A stretch of DNA of 64,000 bases from an uncultured Candidatus Saccharibacteria bacterium (GTDB lineage: Bacteria; Patescibacteriota; Minisyncoccia; Phycocordibacterales; SBAW01), in assembly GCA_964650645.1 (NCBI GenBank), contig CAZYUH010000001.1, forward strand, positions 411,032 to 475,031, in the 5' to 3' direction. The notes below the pieces were generated by a model that was not told the origin of the DNA, did no database searches, and saw only the letters and a program-made list of their open reading frames with translations. This document shows positions 44,903 through 55,204 of the stretch, piece by piece. Position numbers and translations under genes: made by a program. Numbering within the stretch: the stretch's first letter is position 1; the number at the start of each line of letters is the position of its first letter.

Positions 44903-45754
44903 ATGAAAACACTCAGAGAAACAATCAGCGAATACAAATCGGCGGGCAAGGCGATAGGGCATTTTAATTTCTCGGACTCCAACCAGCTCAAGGCCATTAT
45001 CGACGCTTCGCGCGAGACGGGCCTGCCGGTCATCGCGGGGCTTTCCGAAGGCGAGCGCGAATACTTCCCGCTCATGCAGGCGCGCGCGTTCGTGGAGCTG
45101 TACCAGAACCAGGGTGTCGAGGTGTACCTCAACGCCGACCACACCTACACGACCGAGAAGGTCCAGCGCGCCCTATCGGCGGGCGTTGATTCGGTGGTGG
45201 TGGACGGCGCGCATCTTCCGACCGAGGAGAACATCCGCCTGCTCGCTTCGTGCGTGAAGTACGCGCGCGCCGCCGGACGCGATGTTGTCGTCGAGGGCGA
45301 ATTGGGCTACATCGGCCAGTCCTCCAAGGTCATGGACGCTCTGCCCGAGGGCGTTACGGAGGCCAACCTGACCACTCCCGAGGACGCGAAGGCGTTCGTC
45401 GAGGCGACGGGCGTCGATTGCTTCGCCCCCGCGGTCGGCAACGTGCACGGCATGCTCAAGTCCGCGGCCCAGCCCAGGCTCCATCCCGACCACGTAAAAG
45501 CCATAGCCGACGCCACCGGCGTGCCGCTTGTCTTGCACGGCGCGTCCGGCAATACCGAGGAGGACATATTGGCCTGCATCAAGCAAGGCGTCGCCATTGT
45601 GCATATAAACACCGAGTTGAGGCTCCTGTACCGCGACAGCCTGCGCGCCTCGCTTTCGGGCGACGAGACCACGCCGTACAAGTTCCTGACGCCGGCCGTG
45701 GACGCCATGAAGGCCTACCTTGCGGGAAAGATGCGCGCGTTCGCCGGGCAGTAG
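44903..45754 (+). CDS. fba: class II fructose/tagatose-bisphosphate aldolase
   Basis: AIGHFNF..LNADHTYT..GNVHGMLK..LVLHGASG. Confidence 0.85.
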   Translation: MKTLRETISEYKSAGKAIGHFNFSDSNQLKAIIDASRETGLPVIAGLSEGEREYFPLMQARAFVELYQNQGVEVYLNADHTYTTEKVQRALSAGVDSVVVDGAHLPTEENIRLLASCVKYARAAGRDVVVEGELGYIGQSSKVMDALPEGVTEANLTTPEDAKAFVEATGVDCFAPAVGNVHGMLKSAAQPRLHPDHVKAIADATGVPLVLHGASGNTEEDILACIKQGVAIVHINTELRLLYRDSLRASLSGDETTPYKFLTPAVDAMKAYLAGKMRAFAGQ

Positions 45755-45786
45755 TGGATAATAGCCCGCGCGCACTCAGCGCCCGT

Positions 45787-45824
45787 GCCATACTTGAATG
45801 GCGCGGGCGCTTTTGCCGCATGCG
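45787..45824 (+). terminator. probable intrinsic terminator after fba
   Basis: agcgcccg..cgggcgct stem followed by tttg. Confidence 0.45.
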
Positions 45825-45872
45825 TCAGCCGTGTTGCGCGGCAGTAGCACATAATCCCAACGATATTTCCAT

Positions 45873-48485
45873 ATGAAGCATTTCCTGCGACGCGTGCGGA
45901 AGGCGGCGCGCCCGCATATTAAGAAATTCGCCGCCCTTCCCATGAAGAGCAAGGCGCTTGTTGCCGCCGCCGCGCTCGTGGTGGCCATAGGCCTTCCGTC
46001 CGCCGTCCTGCACGCGTGGACCATTTACCCTACGATGTCGTATACGACGGTCTATACCGGCGGCTACACGACCATTTCCTGGTCCGCCCCGACCTCGGAC
46101 TGGTGCCAGATTTACTACACGCAGGGGTCGGCGGCGCATATGTCGGGCGAGTCGTGCTACACGAGCAAGCTCGGGAACGTATGCGCCGTCGTGGTAAACG
46201 GCCCCAACGGAAGCGTCTCTGCCGGCCCCATAAACAGCGCGAATACGTACAACCTGTACTGCTACAACGCGTCGGGCGGCATCGGCTCGTCCGAAGGGAC
46301 CGGCTCGAGCTATATAACGGTGTACCCGACTACGCGCACCGCCACCACGCTTAACTACTTCTACGCGTCGCCGTCGTCCATTCCCTTGGGCGGCAACACG
46401 ACGCTCTACTACAGCGCCAACGCGGGCACGAGCGGCACGGGCGTGTACCTAAGCGGCTACGGGTACTTAAGCGGCTGGTCCGGGAGCCTTGCGCGCGGGC
46501 CGCTCAGCAGCAACACCACTTACTACCTGTACCTTGAAGACAGCTACTACGGCGAGACGGGGCCGTGGAATACGACCGTGACGGTGAACTCGCCCGTTAC
46601 GGCGGGCGCGTCCGCCCCGGCGAGCGTCCCGGTCGGACAGAGCGCCACGATTTCCTTCTATGCCGACAGCGCGACGCCGCCGACGCAATGCCAGATAAAC
46701 AACTACAACGATACCGTCGCGCTCCTGAACGTCCCAGGCTGCTCGTCGGCCCAGGCGCGCACGTACAACACGGGCCCGCTCAATACGCCCGGCTCGTACG
46801 CGTACAAGTTCTACTACTACCAGGGCGCGTGGGTGTACGCCAAAACGGTAACGGTCAACGTGGCGCCCAGCTGCAGCTTCGCGCCAGCCTCCGCTACTGT
46901 CCAATCGGCCGGGGATACGGCGACCCTTTCCTATTCGAGCCAGGGCGCGACGAGCGGCAGCATCGATAACGGCTTCGCGGCGCTTCCCACGGCGCCGGGC
47001 GCACCTAAGAGCGTGTATCTTACTTCGGGCACCAGCTGGACCGTGCCCGGCGACTGGAACAACGCCAACCCTTTCTCTGTCGAAGTCATCGGCGGGGGCG
47101 CGGGCGGCGGCAACGGCGCCACGGGCAATACGGGCTACACGGGTAACACCGGCTCCGGCGCGTACAGCGGGCGCGGCGGCACGGGCGGCACGGGCGGCAC
47201 CGGCGGCTACGGCGGTTCGGGCGGCGGCGGCGGCGCGTACACCAAGATTACGAACACGAGCGGCCTGACGCTGACGCCGGGCGCCTCGATTGCCGTGCGA
47301 GTCGGCGCGGGCGGCGGCGCGGGAGCGTCCGGCGGGGACACGTATTTCAACGGCGCGTCGTGCGCGGCGTCGTCCGTCTGCGCCAAGGGCGGCCTGGCCG
47401 GCGGCACGGGCGGGGCCGCGGCATCGGGCGTGCCCGCAACCAACAGCACCCGCTACTCGGGCGGCAACGGCTACCCGGGCAGCGCGGGTTCGGGCGGGTA
47501 CGGCGGCAGTGCGGGGGCGTACGGGGCAGATGGTTATTATTCGTATCCGAACGGCACCAAGGGTGCTCCGGTTTGGAATCCGCCGGTGAGCGGCGCCGGA
47601 GGCGCGGGCGGCTCCGGCGGCGCTGGCGGCGCGGGCAGGGGCGGCGGCGGCGCGGCCGGGCCGTACGGCAACGGCGGCAACGCCTCCGGTTCGACCGGCG
47701 GCTACGGCGACGCGAACCACACCTCGCCGGGCTATAACGGAACCGAGTACGGCTCGTACGGCGCGGGCGGCGGTGCGTACGGCCCGTCGGGCGCGTCCGG
47801 CAATTACGGCGCCGGGGGTGCCGGCGGCAACGGCGGCACCGGCGGCCAGGGAGGCTACGGCGGCGGCTCGGGCGGATACGGAGGCTACGGAGGCTACGGC
47901 GGGGGAGGCGGCGGCGCGGGGAGCGCCGGAAAAGGCGGGCTCATCGTCATTACCTATACGCCTGAAGTGTTCGCTTCCAGCGCTTCAGTGGCGACGCCGC
48001 CCATCAACACCAGCCCGACCACGTTCACCATGACGGTCAGCGACGCCGCATCGGGCCTCTCGGGCACCTGCTCCATTCCGGTCACCATAGACGACGCGTG
48101 CAGCGACATCTCCGGGTTCCAGCCCAACAGCTGGAACGCCTCGCCGCCCAGCGGCTGCCAGGCGGGGCCTACCTGCGTGCCGGCCGGCTACACGTACAAC
48201 GGCAGCATATGCGTCTCGTCCATACCGGTCCTCGACGCGTTCAGCGGCCCGTCGCGCGTGCGCCGCGGCAATACCGCCACGCTCACCTACACCGTTTCCA
48301 ATCCGCCGGCATCGTGCGTCATAAACGGCACGGACGGGTTCAATGCCGTGATAAGCCCGCAGGACGGCGTGCAGGGCTCGGTGACGACGAACCCCATCGT
48401 GGGCCAGACGTCCTTCAAGCTCTGGTGCAACGGCGTGTCGCAGACCGTAACAGTCAACGTCGCGCCCGAGTACCAGGAGATATAG
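45873..48485 (+). CDS. mosaic secreted protein: shared N-terminal module + glycine-rich TSGTSW..IVITYT module + shared C-terminal Cys/Ig-like module
   Basis: Basic-n-region signal MKHFLRRVRKAARPHIKKFAALPMKSKALVAAAALVVAIGLPSAVLHA; WTIYPTMSYTTVYTGGYTTISWSAPTSDWC; SVYLTSGTSWTVPGDWNNANPFSVEVIGGGAGGG..GGLIVITYTPE; C-terminal ..VNVAPEYQEI. Confidence 0.8.
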   Translation: MKHFLRRVRKAARPHIKKFAALPMKSKALVAAAALVVAIGLPSAVLHAWTIYPTMSYTTVYTGGYTTISWSAPTSDWCQIYYTQGSAAHMSGESCYTSKLGNVCAVVVNGPNGSVSAGPINSANTYNLYCYNASGGIGSSEGTGSSYITVYPTTRTATTLNYFYASPSSIPLGGNTTLYYSANAGTSGTGVYLSGYGYLSGWSGSLARGPLSSNTTYYLYLEDSYYGETGPWNTTVTVNSPVTAGASAPASVPVGQSATISFYADSATPPTQCQINNYNDTVALLNVPGCSSAQARTYNTGPLNTPGSYAYKFYYYQGAWVYAKTVTVNVAPSCSFAPASATVQSAGDTATLSYSSQGATSGSIDNGFAALPTAPGAPKSVYLTSGTSWTVPGDWNNANPFSVEVIGGGAGGGNGATGNTGYTGNTGSGAYSGRGGTGGTGGTGGYGGSGGGGGAYTKITNTSGLTLTPGASIAVRVGAGGGAGASGGDTYFNGASCAASSVCAKGGLAGGTGGAAASGVPATNSTRYSGGNGYPGSAGSGGYGGSAGAYGADGYYSYPNGTKGAPVWNPPVSGAGGAGGSGGAGGAGRGGGGAAGPYGNGGNASGSTGGYGDANHTSPGYNGTEYGSYGAGGGAYGPSGASGNYGAGGAGGNGGTGGQGGYGGGSGGYGGYGGYGGGGGGAGSAGKGGLIVITYTPEVFASSASVATPPINTSPTTFTMTVSDAASGLSGTCSIPVTIDDACSDISGFQPNSWNASPPSGCQAGPTCVPAGYTYNGSICVSSIPVLDAFSGPSRVRRGNTATLTYTVSNPPASCVINGTDGFNAVISPQDGVQGSVTTNPIVGQTSFKLWCNGVSQTVTVNVAPEYQEI

Positions 48486-48534
48486 TCCGGTGGGGATAGG
48501 GGTGCCGCCGCGCGCCCGATAGGGGCTATAGTTA

Positions 48535-48924
48535 ATGCATATGATAAAGAAAGCGCTCATCTGGGTTACCGTGCTGCTCGCGCTCATCGCGCTTTCCGGC
48601 GCGGGATATTACTACCTCGGCACGGGCGCCCCGAGCCCCGAGCCCCTGCCGCCCGCGGCGATGCCCGACAACAACGTCATAGCCGGCCCGGTCGTGAGCG
48701 CGAGCGCGCAGGGCGTCACGATAGCCAAGCAGGACGGAACGCAGGCGACGCTCAGCCTATCGGCGCAGACGCAGGTAATCGAGGCGGGGACTAACGGCCA
48801 GCCCGGCATCCAAAAGAGCGCGAGCGATATCGAGCCGGGAATGATGGTGCTGGTCACCCCGAGCGAGAGCGACGCGTCGCTCGCCGCGTTCATCGTCATC
48901 CTTCCGCCGCCGCCCATGCAGTAG
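48535..48924 (+). CDS. small membrane-anchored partner protein, type B
   Basis: TM ALIWVTVLLALIALSGAGYYY; one beta-rich domain QDGTQATLSLSAQTQVIEAGTNGQ..; related to 50419, 51131, 54470. Confidence 0.6.
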   Translation: MHMIKKALIWVTVLLALIALSGAGYYYLGTGAPSPEPLPPAAMPDNNVIAGPVVSASAQGVTIAKQDGTQATLSLSAQTQVIEAGTNGQPGIQKSASDIEPGMMVLVTPSESDASLAAFIVILPPPPMQ

Positions 48925-48941
48925 GCGCGTTCCAAGCTTGC

Positions 48942-50366
48942 ATGAAATTCCTTAAAAAACTCAAGAAGCGGGCGAACAGGCTCAAGCGAAACCAGCTAAG
49001 CGAGCTCGTTCTCATGACCGGCGCCATGGCGCTCCTGCTTGTCGTCGCCGTGTTCATGCGCCTGGGCGCGCCCCAGGTCGCCCGGGCGTTCTACATTCCG
49101 GTAACGCCGTCCTATACCCCCGTTACGACCGGCGGCTACACCACCATTTCCTGGACCGCCTACGACGCCGATTATTGCTCCATAGGCTATTACGCATCGC
49201 CGGCGGCGGGGCATCTTTCGGGCGAGACTTGCTACGGCGGGTCGATTGCCAGCTATGGAACAAAAGGGGGAGGGGGAGGAGGGACTCCGTACTGCAGCGT
49301 TATGGTCCCAGGCAGGGCCGGCCGCAGCTACAACGTAGCCGGCAGCGCGACGGCCGGCCCGATGAACGCCGCAACCACGTACAACATCGCGTGCATGAAC
49401 AGCGGCAGATGGAACTCCGGCTCCGGCAGCGCCAGCGTCACGGTCTACCCGACGCCGCGCACTCCCACTACGCTCAACTATTTCTACGCATCGCCCTCCA
49501 CCATCCCGTATAACGCCAGCGCCACGCTCTACTACAGCGGCAACAGGGGCACTGACGGCGTCGGCTTGTATCTTGCCAATTACGGCTACCTTAGCGGGTG
49601 GTCGGGCAGCATCGCGCGCGGTCCGCTTACGGGCAATGCGACCTACGGCATCTACACCGTAGACAATTACTACGGCTGGGTGGGGCCGTGGAATACGACC
49701 GTTACCGTGTCGGCCCCGGTCGCGCCCAAGGGCCCGTGCAACGACATTCCTGCCGCGACTACGCTCCCCAACGGCTGCGTTGCGCCCGCGGTGGTGCCGG
49801 GAACCTGCATCCCATCGGGCGGCAGCTATTCCGCTGGGTCCAATACCTGCTCGTGCCCGGTCGGAAAGCATTTGGAGGGTACTGCCTGCGTCGCGAACCC
49901 GCTGTGCGCCAACGGCCTCAACGATTCCTACGCGCCGTCGTGCGCGTGCCCGGCGGGCCAGTACCAGCCCGGGGGCGTCTCGTACTGCGTGGTCCTGCCG
50001 GTGTGCACCAATGGGCTGAGCGAAGCGTACTCGCCCAGCTGCACGTGCCCCGCAGGCCAGGTGCAGGTGTCCGGAGGCTCCACGTGCGTACCGAAGGGTG
50101 AAATACACAGCATGACCGCACAGCCCTCGCGCGTGCGCAAGGGCAACACCGGCACGGTGTCATGGAACACGAGCGCGATGGTCTCGTGCACGCTTAAGGG
50201 TCCCGTGAACGGCGCGATGCAGACGCTCTCGACCGAGCTGTCGGGGACGAGGACCGTCACCATAACCAACCAGTCCGTGTACACGCTCTCGTGCGCCGAC
50301 CAGTCGGGCGCGTCGTACAGCTCGACCGCCACTATAAACCTCATCCCCGAAGTCGAGGAGCTATAG
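48942..50366 (+). CDS. secreted protein sharing the N-terminal module, with Cys-rich tandem repeats and shared C-terminal module
   Basis: MKFLKKLKKRANRLKRNQL.. signal; FYIPVTPSYTPVTTGGYTTISWTAYDADYC; repeats CANGLNDSYAPSCACPAGQYQ / CTNGLSEAYSPSCTCPAGQVQ; C-terminal ..INLIPEVEEL. Confidence 0.75.
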   Translation: MKFLKKLKKRANRLKRNQLSELVLMTGAMALLLVVAVFMRLGAPQVARAFYIPVTPSYTPVTTGGYTTISWTAYDADYCSIGYYASPAAGHLSGETCYGGSIASYGTKGGGGGGTPYCSVMVPGRAGRSYNVAGSATAGPMNAATTYNIACMNSGRWNSGSGSASVTVYPTPRTPTTLNYFYASPSTIPYNASATLYYSGNRGTDGVGLYLANYGYLSGWSGSIARGPLTGNATYGIYTVDNYYGWVGPWNTTVTVSAPVAPKGPCNDIPAATTLPNGCVAPAVVPGTCIPSGGSYSAGSNTCSCPVGKHLEGTACVANPLCANGLNDSYAPSCACPAGQYQPGGVSYCVVLPVCTNGLSEAYSPSCTCPAGQVQVSGGSTCVPKGEIHSMTAQPSRVRKGNTGTVSWNTSAMVSCTLKGPVNGAMQTLSTELSGTRTVTITNQSVYTLSCADQSGASYSSTATINLIPEVEEL

Positions 50367-50418
50367 GGGTAAGGGCCGGGCGGAAGACGGGGCGGGATAT
50401 CATAACGAATAACACAGT

Positions 50419-51084
50419 ATGAACATGAACAAGAAAACGATTATAGAGGCGGCGGTCGCGGTCGCTGTTATCGCGGCGGGCGCGTTCGCGTATATGCACT
50501 ACAAGCAGGGCGCCGAGCCCGCCGCATTCGACCCCAACCTCGTAGCGCCGGCCGGCACCGTCACCGCCATCTCGCCTTCAAGCATCTCCATACGCCAGCA
50601 GGACGGCGCGCAGAAGACGTTCGCCATAGGCCCCGATACGCTCGTCATAAGCCAGGTCGCTGCTGGCGAAACAGGCAAGGGAATCAGCGACATCGCCGCG
50701 GGTACGCTGGTGATACTCAGGCCGAGCCCCGCCAATCCCGGCGCCCTCGCCTCGATTCAGATTTCGGGCGCCGGCGCGCCTCCCGCGCCCGGAACCGCGG
50801 CCGCCGCGCCGAGCGGCCCGCCCGTATCGTTCATGGGGGTGGTCGTAACGGTGAGCCCGTCCGTGCTCGTCATCAAGCCTCAGGAGCCGAATGCTGAGGA
50901 CGTCGAGGTGGCCATAACCGCCGGCACGGCCGTGCGCTCCAACGTGCTGGCGGGGCAGAAGGGTAAGACGTTTGAAGACATTGCGGCCGGAACCCCCGTG
51001 TTCGTCGCGGGCACGACGGGCGACGCGGGCGTTACCGCGAACATCGTGCAGGTGCTGGTGCCAATAGAAGAATTGGCGCAGTAG
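50419..51084 (+). CDS. small membrane-anchored partner protein, type B (two tandem beta-rich domains)
   Basis: TM IIEAAVAVAVIAAGAFAY; QDGAQKTFAIGPDTLVISQVAAGETGK is identical to a segment in 51131. Confidence 0.65.
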   Translation: MNMNKKTIIEAAVAVAVIAAGAFAYMHYKQGAEPAAFDPNLVAPAGTVTAISPSSISIRQQDGAQKTFAIGPDTLVISQVAAGETGKGISDIAAGTLVILRPSPANPGALASIQISGAGAPPAPGTAAAAPSGPPVSFMGVVVTVSPSVLVIKPQEPNAEDVEVAITAGTAVRSNVLAGQKGKTFEDIAAGTPVFVAGTTGDAGVTANIVQVLVPIEELAQ

Positions 51085-51130
51085 CGCCGTTCCCGATCCG
51101 GCGGGTCCTGGTTCGTAGGCGCTCATCCAT

Positions 51131-51784
51131 ATGAAATTGAAAGCCGTTATCATCGCCGCAGCGCTCGCCGTCCTGGCGGCCGCTGCCGGAGCCCTGTATT
51201 ACAGCGGCACGCTTAATCCATTCATGGAAATCCTCGCCGGTTTCCCGGAGCGGGATGAGCAAAAGGCGGTGGGTGCGCTGGCCGCCGTTACGCCGACCAG
51301 CGTTACTATTGCCGGACAGGACGGCGCGCAAAAGACGTTCGCCATAGGCCCCGACACGCTCGTCATAAGCCAGGTCGCTGCCGGCGAGACGGGCAAGGCT
51401 CTCGGGCAGATTCCGCTCAAGAGCCCGGTTATGATCGTTCCCGGCGCGTCCCGCACCGTTGCCGCATCCGTCAGCCTCCTTCCTCCTCTGCCGCCCGCGC
51501 CCCCTCCGGGGGCGGAAATAGTAACCACGGAGGGGGCGATGGCCTCCAAGACGGCCGACAGCATTACCTTGCGCACGGATGACGGGACGTCCGTGCGATT
51601 CCTGGTTACCGCCTCGACCTCGGTGGTGTCGAAGGTCGAGGCGGGCGGCGTGGGCGCCGGATTCGACTCGCTCGAATTCCGCGACCGCGTCAGCGCCTTC
51701 GGCGCGCGCAACGAGGACGGGAGCGTCGAAGCGCTGCAGCTGCTTATCCTGCCGCCGTCCGCCGCGGATGGCGCAAACCGATAA
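51131..51784 (+). CDS. small membrane-anchored partner protein, type B
   Basis: TM AVIIAAALAVLAAAAGALYY; GQDGAQKTFAIGPDTLVISQVAAGETGKALGQIP. Confidence 0.65.
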   Translation: MKLKAVIIAAALAVLAAAAGALYYSGTLNPFMEILAGFPERDEQKAVGALAAVTPTSVTIAGQDGAQKTFAIGPDTLVISQVAAGETGKALGQIPLKSPVMIVPGASRTVAASVSLLPPLPPAPPPGAEIVTTEGAMASKTADSITLRTDDGTSVRFLVTASTSVVSKVEAGGVGAGFDSLEFRDRVSAFGARNEDGSVEALQLLILPPSAADGANR

Positions 51785-51793
51785 TATATTTTT

Positions 51794-54451
51794 ATGAACA
51801 TCCTCAAGAAAATAAAGAAGGCGTGGCGCGGCCCTACGCGCACCCTCGCGCTCGTGCTGGGCGCCGTAGCGCTCGCGCTGTTTGTGCGCGTCGGCGTTCC
51901 CGCGATAGTGCACGCCTGGACCATTTACCCCGTTCTGTCCTACACGCCGTTCTACGCGGGGCAGTACACCACCGTTTCGTGGTCCGCGCCCACCTCCGAC
52001 TATTGCTATCTCATCGGATTCGCGCCCGGCGGCGGCACGGTCCTCTATTACGTAAACGGCTATTATTACTACAGCCCCCAGATCCTGTACGCGAACGGCA
52101 GTTATACCGTCGGGCCTGTCAGCAGCCCGTTTACGTACTACGCGTACTGCTACAACCAGTCGGGCGGCATAGGCTCTTCAGAAGGGTTCGGCACCGGCTA
52201 CGTGACGGCGTATCCGACGACCCCGACCCGCTCGACGCCCTACATAAGCGCCTCTCCGACCGGCGTTACGCGCGGCAACAGCAGCACCATATACTGGTCC
52301 ACCTCCGCCGGCAATAACTACTCCACCGGCTACCTGTTCGGCGGCGGCCTCGACGGGTACGTATCGTCGTCGGGCTCGCGCTCGACGGGCGCCCTCAACG
52401 CGAGCACGCAGTACGGCTACCAAGTGTACGATTCGTATTTCGGCTGGGAGACCCCTGCCTACGTCACGGTCGGCGCGTACAACCAGCCCGCCATGACGGC
52501 GAGCGTTACGTCGTCCGCCGGCAATGCGTCGTCGGGCGGGTCGCTCACTGTGCCGTTCGGGACCCAGCTCAACGCGAGCGCCACCTACGCCGCGGGCTCA
52601 GGCGACACGCTCACGTACTCGGTGCTCAACGTCCTGCCGCCGAGCCCCGGCGCGGAATACAACGCCAATTACACCACGCCGTACAACCAGGCCAGCCGCG
52701 CGTACTCCTTCACGCCCGCGACGCCCGGCACGTACGTCATCAAGCCGTACATCCAGACCACCTACGGCAGCGGATGGCTCAATATGCCCGGCGTCAATAT
52801 CACCGTAACGGTGCAGCCGCCCCCGCCGACGCCGGCCATTTCCGCAGCGCCCGCGACGGTCGACATGAACGGCACCTCGACGCTCGCCTGGTCCGCGACG
52901 AACCTCGCGGCAGGGCAGTGCACGCTTGCCGCGCCCTCAAGCGGCGCGGGCACGACGAACTTCGGCGCTGTCACGACCGGTTCCCGCATAGTCAACTACT
53001 ACTCGGTCAACGCCGTGGTAGACGGCTGGGCCTACAGCATGGGCGGGTACAACGGCTCCTCGTACGTGCCGACGGCCTACAAGGCGCCGGCGTCGAGCGA
53101 CCTCTCCAATAACGCGAACTGGAGCACTGCAGGCGCGATACCGACCTCCGTCGCGCTCTTCGACGAGCCGCTCTACATTAACGGCAACCTCTGGAGCTTC
53201 GGCGGCGTGGCGTTCAATACGCAGAACTGGACGAGCACCATCTGCTACGTGCCGGTAAGCGGCGGCACCTTGGGCGCCTGGAGCTGCCCGGCCTCGCTTC
53301 CGACCGGCATGGCGCAGGGCTACTCCAACCCGGTCATTATCGGCGACTACATCTACCGCTTCGGCGGCTACAACTACACCACGTACGCGGGCGGCGTCGC
53401 ATCCGTCGCGCGCGCGCCGCTGTCTTCGCCGACTAGCTGGACGAGGTACCCCAACGTGCTGCCGCAAGCGAGCGGCATGTACGCCCACGGGGTCGCCGTC
53501 ATCGGCGATTACGTCTACCTCTTCGGCGGCTATAACGGCTCCTCGTACCTCAACACCATCTACCGCGCGCCGCTAAGCTCCGACCTCACGTCGCCCTCGA
53601 GCTGGACTTCCGGCGGCGTCATTCCGTACCCGCTCATCAGCATGGGCATCGTCGTTGACGGCGATTATCTCTACCTCATCGGCGGGCACAACGGCACCGG
53701 AGCGGTCAACAGCGTCTACAACATCCCGCTTTCGACCCTGGCCGCGGGCGGTGTCACCCAGGGCTCGTGGGGCAGTTACCTCAGCCTGCCCGCCGCGCGC
53801 AACCTGCCCAAGCCGCTCATTGCGGGCGACAAGCTCTACCTCATGGGCGGCTGGCAGAACGGCGTGTACGCCAACGCCGCCTACGCGCTCCCGTTCAATA
53901 CCGGCCTGCCGTACACCACGCCCGCCAACATGCCGTGGCGCGTTACGGGCGCTCCCAACAAGGCCGTCACCTGGCCGCTGAGCGCCAACACCACGTACGC
54001 GCTCCAGTGCACCAACTCTACCGGCAGCAACTCGGCGTCCGCGGCGGTCAACATACGCGACATGTGCACCGACATCCCCGGATTCCAGAACGCACTGCCG
54101 CCGGGCTGCACCGGCCCCGTGCCGAGCCCCTCGGGCCTCTGCATCCCCGCCGGGTACATGTACGACGGCAGCGCGTGCGTCGTGGCGCCGCCGGTCATAG
54201 GAAGCTTCTTCGGCCCGTCGCGCGTGCGCCGCGGGAGCACGGCCACGCTCACGTACCTTGTCTCCAACCCGCCGGCCTCGTGCTCCATTACCGGCACCAA
54301 CGGCTTCAGCGCGTCGGTGAGCCCGGTAGACGGCGTGCAGGGAACCGTCACGACGGATCCCATCACGGCAAACACCGTGTTCACGCTCGATTGCGACGGA
54401 GTGAAGAGCGCGGCGACGGTCGGCATCACGCCGGAGTACCAGGAACTGTAA
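51794..54451 (+). CDS. secreted mosaic protein with Kelch-type beta-propeller and shared N- and C-terminal modules
   Basis: MNILKKIKKAWRGPTRTLALVLGAVALALFVRVGVPAIVHA; WTIYPVLSYTPFYAGQYTTVSWSAPTSDYC; Kelch-like blades GDYIYRFGGYN.., GDYVYLFGGYNGSS.., GDYLYLIGGHNGTG.., GDKLYLMGGW; C-terminal DMCTDIPGFQ..GITPEYQEL. Confidence 0.8.
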   Translation: MNILKKIKKAWRGPTRTLALVLGAVALALFVRVGVPAIVHAWTIYPVLSYTPFYAGQYTTVSWSAPTSDYCYLIGFAPGGGTVLYYVNGYYYYSPQILYANGSYTVGPVSSPFTYYAYCYNQSGGIGSSEGFGTGYVTAYPTTPTRSTPYISASPTGVTRGNSSTIYWSTSAGNNYSTGYLFGGGLDGYVSSSGSRSTGALNASTQYGYQVYDSYFGWETPAYVTVGAYNQPAMTASVTSSAGNASSGGSLTVPFGTQLNASATYAAGSGDTLTYSVLNVLPPSPGAEYNANYTTPYNQASRAYSFTPATPGTYVIKPYIQTTYGSGWLNMPGVNITVTVQPPPPTPAISAAPATVDMNGTSTLAWSATNLAAGQCTLAAPSSGAGTTNFGAVTTGSRIVNYYSVNAVVDGWAYSMGGYNGSSYVPTAYKAPASSDLSNNANWSTAGAIPTSVALFDEPLYINGNLWSFGGVAFNTQNWTSTICYVPVSGGTLGAWSCPASLPTGMAQGYSNPVIIGDYIYRFGGYNYTTYAGGVASVARAPLSSPTSWTRYPNVLPQASGMYAHGVAVIGDYVYLFGGYNGSSYLNTIYRAPLSSDLTSPSSWTSGGVIPYPLISMGIVVDGDYLYLIGGHNGTGAVNSVYNIPLSTLAAGGVTQGSWGSYLSLPAARNLPKPLIAGDKLYLMGGWQNGVYANAAYALPFNTGLPYTTPANMPWRVTGAPNKAVTWPLSANTTYALQCTNSTGSNSASAAVNIRDMCTDIPGFQNALPPGCTGPVPSPSGLCIPAGYMYDGSACVVAPPVIGSFFGPSRVRRGSTATLTYLVSNPPASCSITGTNGFSASVSPVDGVQGTVTTDPITANTVFTLDCDGVKSAATVGITPEYQEL

Positions 54452-54469
54452 CCGCATAGGAATACGCAT

Positions 54470-55126
54470 ATGAAACTGAACATGAAATCGAAGCCCGTCA
54501 TCGCCGCGCTCGCGCTTGCCGCAGTGGCGCTCGTCCTCGCCGCGCTGTACTTCAGCGGCGCCTTCAAGCCCCGCCAAGCAACGGTCCAAGGATTGCCGCA
54601 CGTGTTCGGTACGCTGGTCGCGGCGACTCCTTCGAGCGTCACGATTGCTGACGAGCACGGCAAGCCCGTTACCCTGAGCGTGAACGCCGGAACCCAGGTC
54701 ATTACCCAGGTTGGGGCGGGCGAGAAAGGCAGGACGCTGGAGCAGATTCCCCTGCAAAGCCGGGTGGTGGTTGTCCAGGATGCGGCGGATAAGACCGTCG
54801 CTGCGAGCATCAGCCCGCTTCCGGCGCCTCCCATGCCCACCCAGGGAATCATGCTTACCAGCGCGGAAGGCACGGTGCTCTCCAAGGCCGCCGACAGCTT
54901 CATGCTCCAGAAGGACGACGGGACTCCCATAAAAATAACGGTCAGCGCCTCGACAAAGGTGCTCTCTAATGTTGCGGCAGGGGAGGAGGGTAAGGGGTTT
55001 GATTCAATCAAGGCCGGCGACCGCGTGGGCGTCGTGGGCACGCTCGATGCGGGCGTCAGCATCGACGCCGTGCAGCTGCTCGTGCTGCGCCCCGTTATCG
55101 CCGCTTCTTCAAGCCCGGCGCTCTAA
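54470..55126 (+). CDS. small membrane-anchored partner protein, type B
   Basis: TM VIAALALAAVALVLAALYF; two beta-rich domains (..ADEHGKPVTLSVNAGTQVITQVGAGEKGR..; ..KDDGTPIKITVSASTKVLSNVAAGEEGKG..). Confidence 0.65.
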   Translation: MKLNMKSKPVIAALALAAVALVLAALYFSGAFKPRQATVQGLPHVFGTLVAATPSSVTIADEHGKPVTLSVNAGTQVITQVGAGEKGRTLEQIPLQSRVVVVQDAADKTVAASISPLPAPPMPTQGIMLTSAEGTVLSKAADSFMLQKDDGTPIKITVSASTKVLSNVAAGEEGKGFDSIKAGDRVGVVGTLDAGVSIDAVQLLVLRPVIAASSSPAL

Positions 55127-55192
55127 GGCGCGCAGCGCTCCTGCGTGAAAGGCGAATGGGGATAGCGGCGGCGCTCACGCCCGCTCCGGCCG

Positions 55193-55198
55193 TACAAT
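55193..55198 (+). promoter_or_regulatory. TACAAT -10-like box 6 nt upstream of ATG
   Basis: ccgTACAATagccgtATGaagcg (similar to the element at 31961). Confidence 0.35.
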
Positions 55199-55204
55199 AG
55201 CCGT

